Shown piece after piece: positions 57,566 through 64,000 of a stretch of 64,000 nt of DNA (position 1 is its first letter; each line of letters starts with the position of its first letter). The DNA is from Candidatus Poribacteria bacterium. Its GTDB lineage: Bacteria > Poribacteria > WGA-4E > WGA-3G. The stretch is taken from positions 4,512,001 through 4,576,000 of the forward strand of contig OZ251518.1 of the NCBI GenBank assembly GCA_965242965.1. The letters are read 5' to 3'. The notes beneath the pieces were generated by a model that ran no database searches, was not told the DNA's origin, and saw only the letters and a list, made by a program, of their open reading frames with translations. A program made the translations under genes and the position numbers.

Positions 57566-58204
57566 ATGGCGTTTAGTGATTTTAAGACGCTCACTGAAGT
57601 GCAAGAAAGATTCGGCATTAGGGACTCGGAAATTGACTTTGTCAAGGTTGACAAACTCTTAAACCCTCCGGAGCATTTCCTGCAAGAATTAGCGTTTACT
57701 CGGCAGCACCTTAATGTTTTCCGGTCTGAATCGGCACGGTGCGAGGCGATTATCTATCCGATTTTATTGCAAAACTATAAAGCGTATGCCGACAGTTATA
57801 TGCTCTGGATTCGCGAACCGCTCGTCTACGATGCAATCTTGAGCGGCACGCCGGACTACTTTATCGCTACCCGCTCGGCATTGGGAAAAAACGTTGTCGG
57901 CACACCTTTGGTGATAGTCGTCGAGGCGAAGAAAAACGATTTTGAGGTAGGTTGGGGGCAATGTCTCGCCGAGTTAATCGCCGCGCAGAAAATCAATGCC
58001 CAGAACATCGAGGAACACGCGGCGTTTCCGGTGTATGGCATCGTAACTGACGGGACGACATGGCAGTTTGGCAGGCTTGTTGATGACAGTTTCACGCGAA
58101 ACATCACGCCATTTGGTCTCGGCGATTTGCCGCGGTTGTTTGGCGCAATTGATGCAGTCTTCAAAGCCGTCCAAAACGGAGACACCGCACACGCAGAATT
58201 GTAA
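57566..58204 (+). CDS. PD-(D/E)xK nuclease-like protein, paralog 2
   Basis: Same motifs; ATG 57566 after GAGGAG. Confidence 0.8.
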   Translation: MAFSDFKTLTEVQERFGIRDSEIDFVKVDKLLNPPEHFLQELAFTRQHLNVFRSESARCEAIIYPILLQNYKAYADSYMLWIREPLVYDAILSGTPDYFIATRSALGKNVVGTPLVIVVEAKKNDFEVGWGQCLAELIAAQKINAQNIEEHAAFPVYGIVTDGTTWQFGRLVDDSFTRNITPFGLGDLPRLFGAIDAVFKAVQNGDTAHAEL

Positions 58205-58279
58205 TCCACCGGGGCTTTGTCCCAATCGGCATTTTCGGGACAGGCACGGTGTTGCTTTACCAGAACAGGAGGCGAACCG

Positions 58280-58924
58280 ATGGCATTGAGTGATTTCAAA
58301 TCGATTGCTGAAGTGCAAGCAAAATTCAGCATCAAGGCTTCAAAAGAGACGCTTATCGGGGTTGAGGAACCCTTAACGCCTTCGGAGTGGTTTCAGCAAG
58401 AATTCGCTTTCAACATGCAACAGTTCAACTTTGCCGACTCTGAGATGGCACGGTGTCAGGCACTTATCTTCCCAGTTTTACGGGAGGTCTACAAGGCTTA
58501 TGCCGAGGACTACGTGCTCTGGATTGACGCATCTCTGGCTTACGATGAAACTTTAAGCGGCACGCCGGACTACTTCATCGCCACGAAATCTGAACTCGGT
58601 GGGCGTATTCTCGGAACGCCGCTGATAATCGTTGTTGAGGCGAAGAAAAACGATTTTGAGATAGGTTGGGGACAATGTCTGGCAGAGTTAATCGCCGCAC
58701 AGAAAATCAATGCCCAGAACATTAAGGAACACGCGATGTTTCCGGTGTATGGTATCGTCACCGACGGTATAAGTTGGCAATTCGGGAAACTTGTCGGCGA
58801 CACTTTTACAGAGAACCTCACGCCGTTTAGTCTCGGCGATTTGCCGCGTCTGTTTGGCGCAATCGATGCTGTCTTCAAAGCCGTTCAGAACGGAAGCACC
58901 GCCTCACCGGAAAGAGAATCATGA
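58280..58924 (+). CDS. PD-(D/E)xK nuclease-like protein, paralog 3
   Basis: Same motifs; ATG 58280 after AGGAGG. Confidence 0.8.
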   Translation: MALSDFKSIAEVQAKFSIKASKETLIGVEEPLTPSEWFQQEFAFNMQQFNFADSEMARCQALIFPVLREVYKAYAEDYVLWIDASLAYDETLSGTPDYFIATKSELGGRILGTPLIIVVEAKKNDFEIGWGQCLAELIAAQKINAQNIKEHAMFPVYGIVTDGISWQFGKLVGDTFTENLTPFSLGDLPRLFGAIDAVFKAVQNGSTASPERES

Positions 58925-60255
58925 AACATTTTGCAACGCTATTCACGACGCTGTTTGCGGTATCGTTCCTATTTATCACGCCCGAGGGGACGCGCCTATT
59001 CGCCGATGAGTGGCCGCAGTGGCGCGGCACACACCGCGACGGTATCTGGAACGAAACGGGAATAATTGACGCTTTTGAGGACGCGGATATTCCTATCCGC
59101 TGGCGCGTGCCAATCGGCAGCGGTTACAGCGGCCCAAGCGTCGCCGATGGACGCGTCTACGTCACCGACCGGCTCACGAAGCCGACGCAAGTTGAACGCG
59201 TCCACTGCTTTGACTGGGAGACAGGCGAGCAACTCTGGACTTTCACATACGAGTGCGCTTATCGGATTGACTACACCGCCGGGCCGCGCGCCACCGTCAC
59301 CGTCCACGATGGACTCGCCTACGCCTTAGGCGCGATGGGACATTTGCACTGCTTTAATGCCGCCACCGGCGAAATTGTGTGGAAAAATGACTTGGGTGTA
59401 ACGTATAATATCAATATGCCAACCTGGGGCATCGCGAGCGCGCCGATTGTCGTGGGAGAACACCTCATCGTGCAAATCGGCGGCACACCCGGCGCGTGCA
59501 TCGTCGCATTGGACAGAAAAACCGGCGAGGAAAGGTGGAAGGCACTAGACGATAAGGCATCCTATTCCGCACCGATGCTCATCACGCAAGCCGGACAGCG
59601 CGTCTTAATCTGCTGGACAGGCGGACACGTCGCCGCTCTGAATCCACAGACAGGCGAAGTGTTGTGGCTCTATCCGTTTAAACCGACGCGCATGGAGATA
59701 GGCATCGCTACACCGGTTTTCCATGAGAATGAACTCTTTATCACCGATTTCTTTGAGGGTTCCCTACTGCTGAAACTGGCACCGGATAAATTGGCTGTGG
59801 AACTCGGCTGGCACCGCAAAGGCAAAGACGAGCAAAATACGGACGCGCTCCATTCCACGATGGCTACGCCGATTCGGGAGGGCGATTACATCTACGGCGT
59901 GGATAGTTACGGCGAACTCCGCTGTCTGGATGCGCGCAACGGCGACAGGGTGTGGGAAGATCTCTCCGCTGTGCCGAGGGCGCGCTGGAGCAACATCCAT
60001 TTTATTAAAAACGGTGCCAAGGTTTGGATGTTCAACGAGCGCGGCGAACTCCTCATTACCGAACTTTCGCCTGAGGGGTTGAACGTCATCAGCCGCGCGA
60101 AGTTAATCGAACCTACGCGAGACCAGCTGAACCGGCGAGGCGGCGTAACTTGGGCGCACCCCGCGTTCGCCTATCAACATGTTTTCGCGCGGAATGATAA
60201 CGAACTAGTCTGCGCAAGCCTCGCGAAAAACGAAAAACCACACAAAGGAGAATAA
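58921..60255 (+). CDS. PQQ-binding-like beta-propeller repeat protein
   Basis: Signal peptide, EWPQWRG, GYSGPSVADGRVY, repeated TGE-x-x-W, WAHPA. Confidence 0.9.
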   Translation: MKHFATLFTTLFAVSFLFITPEGTRLFADEWPQWRGTHRDGIWNETGIIDAFEDADIPIRWRVPIGSGYSGPSVADGRVYVTDRLTKPTQVERVHCFDWETGEQLWTFTYECAYRIDYTAGPRATVTVHDGLAYALGAMGHLHCFNAATGEIVWKNDLGVTYNINMPTWGIASAPIVVGEHLIVQIGGTPGACIVALDRKTGEERWKALDDKASYSAPMLITQAGQRVLICWTGGHVAALNPQTGEVLWLYPFKPTRMEIGIATPVFHENELFITDFFEGSLLLKLAPDKLAVELGWHRKGKDEQNTDALHSTMATPIREGDYIYGVDSYGELRCLDARNGDRVWEDLSAVPRARWSNIHFIKNGAKVWMFNERGELLITELSPEGLNVISRAKLIEPTRDQLNRRGGVTWAHPAFAYQHVFARNDNELVCASLAKNEKPHKGE

Positions 60256-60259
60256 GATA

Positions 60260-63259
60260 TTGGAAACGACTCAAACGCCAACCGTTGATTTGCGTCCCGG
60301 CCAACAGCTGCACGGGTTCAACGTGAAAGCCGTCACCCCGATTGATGAACTTCGCGCCGTGAAGATCGAACTGGCGCACCCGCATAGCGGCGCACGGCTG
60401 CTGCATCTCTATACACACGACACGGAGAACCTCTTTTCCATCAATTTTCCGACACCGCCGCCCGACGATACCGGGCTGCCGCACATTCTTGAACACGCGG
60501 TGCTTGCCGGTTCACAGAGATATCCGGTAAAGGAACCGTTCTTTGAGATGATTAAGATGAGCATGGCGACGTTCATCAACGCCATGACGAGCGCAGACCA
60601 CACTTACTATCCGGTCGCGAGCAACGTCAAGAAGGACCTCTTCAATCTCGCCGAGGTCTACTTTGACGCGGTGTTTCACCCGCTCCTCACCGAGGATACC
60701 TTCCGGCGCGAGGGACATCACCTGGCACCCGCGAACCCGGAAGAGCCGACCGGGGATTTGAAAATCACCGGCATCGTCTATAACGAAATGAAGGGGGTCT
60801 TCTCAGACCCCGAGTCGCGGTTGTATCGTGCAATGACGAGCCGACTGATGCCGGATACAGTCTACGCGCGGGAATCTGGCGGCGACCCGGGCGCGATTCC
60901 TGAATTAACTTACGCGCAACTCAAGGCGTTTCATCAAACCTATTATCATCCGAGCAACAGCTACTTCGTTCTCTACGGCGACATTCCGACAAGTGACTAT
61001 CTCGCCTTCCTCGCCGATAAGTTGGATAACATTCCGCAAAATGGGGGAGGTTCGGCACTCCGGCCACTCCGGCCCGAAGTCACGCACCAACCGAAATGGA
61101 CATCACCACGGACGGTGATAGATACCTACCCTGTCGGCGCGGACGAGCCGCTCACCGAAAAGACGTATCTGATGCTGAGTTGGCTCATGGGAGATGCGAC
61201 AGACCCGGGGGATGTTGTCTTGTGCCGCATTTTAAGCCTGATTCTGCTCGGCAATGAAGGCGCGCCGCTCCGAAAGGCGATTATCGACTCCAAACTCGGC
61301 GCAGATCTGATTTATTCGGGTGCCAGCTCCATCGGCCCCGCCAGCACCTTTTACGTTGGGCTCAAAGGCAGCGAGGTGGCACGCACCGAGGCGTTTACGG
61401 AATTGGTGATGAAAACGCTTACCGAGATTGCCAATACCGAAATTGACAGCGCGAGGGTGGAATCGGCGTTTCAGCAAGCGACGTATCACTATCAGGAAGT
61501 CGCGTCAATGTTTCCGCTTCGGATGCTCTACCGCGTCATTGAAGCGTGGATTTATGAAAAAGACTCGGCTACCTTCCTGAAGATGGGAGAAAGTCTCGCC
61601 GATGTCCAGCAGCAATGGCAGAAGAATCCGGCGATTTTCAATGAACTGATTCGCGAGCGACTGATTGACAATCCTCACCGTTTGCTGAGTGTGCTATCAC
61701 CTGATGCCGAGATGCAGGCGAAGATGGACGCTGAGTCGGCGGAACGGACGAAGGGTATCCGTTCGCAATTGACAGACGCACAGGTTACCCAGATTGCCGC
61801 CGATGCCGCCGAATTGGAACGCCTCAATGGACAGCCCAACTCACCGGATGCACTGGCAAAACTGCCGCAGTTGCAAGTCAGCGATTTACCTGAAAAGCCG
61901 CGGCATATCCCGACACTCGTAGAGGAAGTTCACGGGCGCGTCCTGCTCCGAAACGATGTCTTTGCCAACGGCGTGAATTACCTCGTCCTCAACTTTGATT
62001 TAGCAGGATTCCCATCGCATCTCTGGCAATATCTGCCTCGGTATGTCGAGGCGATTGGCAAACTCGGTGCCGCCGATATGAACTACGAGCAGATGGCTCA
62101 GCGAAGAGCGGCAGTTACCGGTGGGATTGGTTGCGCGCCCGGCTTCGGCACGCACGCGCTAGATAAGAGTCGTTCGTTGCAGAATCTGCGCTTTCAGTTG
62201 AAGGCTCTTGATAGTAAGATGGATGCCGCGCTGGATGTGCTGCACGCTCTGGTTTTTTCGGTGAACCCGCGCGATACCGAAAGGCTTCGCGATGTGCTCA
62301 CGCAATCCGTGGCGGAATATCGCACCGAGATGATTCACGACGGCTCAAACACCGCTATTCATCACGCCGCGCGCGGGCTCTCACCGGAAGCGCATCTCGC
62401 GGAAATCGTCTGCGGACTGCCGCAGCTGCGCGGGAGTGAGAAACTGCTCAGCGATTTTGATGAACTTAACGCCGAACTGATGCGTCATATTGAACAGATT
62501 CGCGATTTCTTGTTAGTGCCGGGACGGGTGACTGCCAGTTTCACCGGTTCCGATGCGGCTTTCAATGCGACACGGACGCGTCTCGGCGAGTGGCTCAACG
62601 CGATGAAAGATGAAACGATCCCTACCGAGGCTGTTGCATTTCAGCCGTTTGCCACGCCGCCGCGCGAAGGACTCGCCGGTCCGATTCAAATTGCGCATTG
62701 TGCACATGTGATCCCGGCACCGCACTATTCGCACCCAGATTCAACGCTGCTCAGCATCGGTGCGCACCTCATTCGGTTGGACTATATCATGAGTGAAATC
62801 CGCTTTAAGGGCAACGCGTATGGCGCGTGGTTTACCTACAGTCCGCTTGAAGCGCATCTGTATCAGGCTTCCTACCGCGACCCGCACGTGGCACGCACCC
62901 TCAACGTTTTTGCGGAAACTGTTGACTACGTCAAACAAGTAGAGTGGACGCAGACAGATATTGACAGGGCAATCATCGCCACGGCGAAGAACGGCGAGAA
63001 ACCGATTCGTCCGAGTAGTGCGGCGAGCCGCGCGCTCAGTCAACATCTCACCGGGCAGACGCGCGAGATGCGGGAGGCACGTTACGCTGAACTCCGCCGC
63101 GCAACCCCAGCGGCAGTGAAACGCGCCCTCTTGCAAGTGTTAGAAGAAAACCGCGATAACGCAGCGGTGTGCGTTGTGTCAAGCCGTGAGAAACTTGAGG
63201 CGGCGAATCAAGAATTGGCGGCACCTCTCGCTATTGAGGATATCCTTGCATCAGCGTAA
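60260..63259 (+). CDS. Insulinase-family metallopeptidase M16C (presequence protease-like)
   Basis: TGLPHILEH (HxxEH), FINAMT, GIVYNEMKG, SGGDP, YYHPSN, IRFKGNAYG, SYRDP. Confidence 0.95.
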   Translation: METTQTPTVDLRPGQQLHGFNVKAVTPIDELRAVKIELAHPHSGARLLHLYTHDTENLFSINFPTPPPDDTGLPHILEHAVLAGSQRYPVKEPFFEMIKMSMATFINAMTSADHTYYPVASNVKKDLFNLAEVYFDAVFHPLLTEDTFRREGHHLAPANPEEPTGDLKITGIVYNEMKGVFSDPESRLYRAMTSRLMPDTVYARESGGDPGAIPELTYAQLKAFHQTYYHPSNSYFVLYGDIPTSDYLAFLADKLDNIPQNGGGSALRPLRPEVTHQPKWTSPRTVIDTYPVGADEPLTEKTYLMLSWLMGDATDPGDVVLCRILSLILLGNEGAPLRKAIIDSKLGADLIYSGASSIGPASTFYVGLKGSEVARTEAFTELVMKTLTEIANTEIDSARVESAFQQATYHYQEVASMFPLRMLYRVIEAWIYEKDSATFLKMGESLADVQQQWQKNPAIFNELIRERLIDNPHRLLSVLSPDAEMQAKMDAESAERTKGIRSQLTDAQVTQIAADAAELERLNGQPNSPDALAKLPQLQVSDLPEKPRHIPTLVEEVHGRVLLRNDVFANGVNYLVLNFDLAGFPSHLWQYLPRYVEAIGKLGAADMNYEQMAQRRAAVTGGIGCAPGFGTHALDKSRSLQNLRFQLKALDSKMDAALDVLHALVFSVNPRDTERLRDVLTQSVAEYRTEMIHDGSNTAIHHAARGLSPEAHLAEIVCGLPQLRGSEKLLSDFDELNAELMRHIEQIRDFLLVPGRVTASFTGSDAAFNATRTRLGEWLNAMKDETIPTEAVAFQPFATPPREGLAGPIQIAHCAHVIPAPHYSHPDSTLLSIGAHLIRLDYIMSEIRFKGNAYGAWFTYSPLEAHLYQASYRDPHVARTLNVFAETVDYVKQVEWTQTDIDRAIIATAKNGEKPIRPSSAASRALSQHLTGQTREMREARYAELRRATPAAVKRALLQVLEENRDNAAVCVVSSREKLEAANQELAAPLAIEDILASA

Positions 63260-63411
63260 TTAGAATGGTGGATTTCTATACCTGTCTTTCAAACGAACGA
63301 TTAGGCAAACGAACGATTAGGACGAACGCAGCACGAATCCTATAGGCGCGCTTTGAAAGCGCGCCTTCCGGTGGAGAGTTATGGTATCTGCGTCCGTCCA
63401 TAATATAAAAT

Positions 63412-63679
63412 GAGGGTGTTTCATAAATCGTTTTCCCCGGTAGGAGAGACCTCCCGGTCTCGATGCATCGCGCATGCGAGAAACCGTAGTTCGGGAGCAC
63501 CTGCTCCCGAACAGGTCAAGATCAGGCGATCTTGACCTACAGAGGAAGGCGGCTCGGTCACCGTAGGGCGAGGGCCTGTCCCTCGCCATCGTTCGCACAC
63601 CCCAACGATCGCGGGGGACAGGCCCCCGCGCTACTGTGAAAAAAACGGCCCTTTGTTGAGAGATTTATGAGACACCCTC
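63412..63679. mobile_element. Non-autonomous TIR-bounded element (MITE-like) with 10-bp target-site duplication
   Basis: TIR GAGGGTGTTTCATAAATC / GATTTATGAGACACCCTC (17 of 18); AATATAAAAT at both 63402-63411 and 63680-63689; interior is five REP hairpins. Confidence 0.8.
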
Positions 63680-63702
63680 AATATAAAATGGGAGAGATAA
63701 TC

Positions 63703-64000
63703 ATGAGAAACATTGCGTTTTTAACCCTCTGTGTTTGCGCTTTGACGGTGATGGCAGCGAGCGCGTCACAGCCGGTAGATTATGAAAAGAATTGGCATCA
63801 GTGGCGCGGGCCACATGCAACCGGTGCCGCCGCCAGCGACGCGAATCCGCCACTGACTTGGAGTGAAACCGAGAACGTCCGTTGGAAAATCGCCATCCCC
63901 GGCATGGGGCACGCCACGCCGATTGTATGGGAAGAGAAAATCTTCGTCCAAACCGCTATCCAGGGCGATGAGCAGAAAGTGGAAGAACCGGATGACGACA
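63703..64000 (+). CDS. PQQ-binding-like beta-propeller protein, truncated by the window end
   Basis: MRNIAFL signal peptide, NWHQWRGP, PLTWSETENVRWK, GHATPIVW. Confidence 0.85.
   Translation, partial: MRNIAFLTLCVCALTVMAASASQPVDYEKNWHQWRGPHATGAAASDANPPLTWSETENVRWKIAIPGMGHATPIVWEEKIFVQTAIQGDEQKVEEPDDD

Noticed and set aside
1-64000. tRNA or rRNA genes
   Set aside because: No cloverleaf with T-loop and acceptor stem or rRNA signature was recognised by eye; tRNAscan-SE and barrnap would be decisive.

Overview
Bacterial chromosomal window, most likely Candidatus Poribacteria (inferred from the C-terminal V-x-P-x-x-K-L-x-T-x-W-x-x-[LI]-K motif on two secreted proteins, a PhyH dioxygenase, PQQ-type propellers and very dense GTAG-type REP palindromes). 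About 1-38 kb and 53.7-64 kb hold housekeeping, envelope and catabolic genes (NhaC-type transporter, GH3 NagZ, KamA radical SAM, cyclophilin, DisA, ABC exporter, purC, CoA-transferase, M16 peptidase), separated by mosaics of REP hairpins. Some mosaics are enclosed by a 17-18 bp terminal inverted repeat with target-site duplication, and some REPs sit in frame inside genes. About 38.2-53.5 kb is a defence island: a VapC toxin module, a P-loop protein with a degenerate Walker A, dndCDE (DNA phosphorothioation) convergent with a pbeABCD-like operon (including a 56-aa ORF missed by the ORF track), and an uncharacterised GHKL/MORC ATPase + methyltransferase-like gene pair. The most unusual feature is a near-identical non-coding unit present three times (49435-49892, 52704-53161, partial 53191-53489). 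It carries up to three sigma70 promoters followed by a ~200-nt predicted multi-stem RNA, and it heads each defence module like the leader of a cassette array. No rRNA, tRNA, CRISPR array, integrase or transposase was recognised. All family calls are from motif recognition by eye, without database searches.
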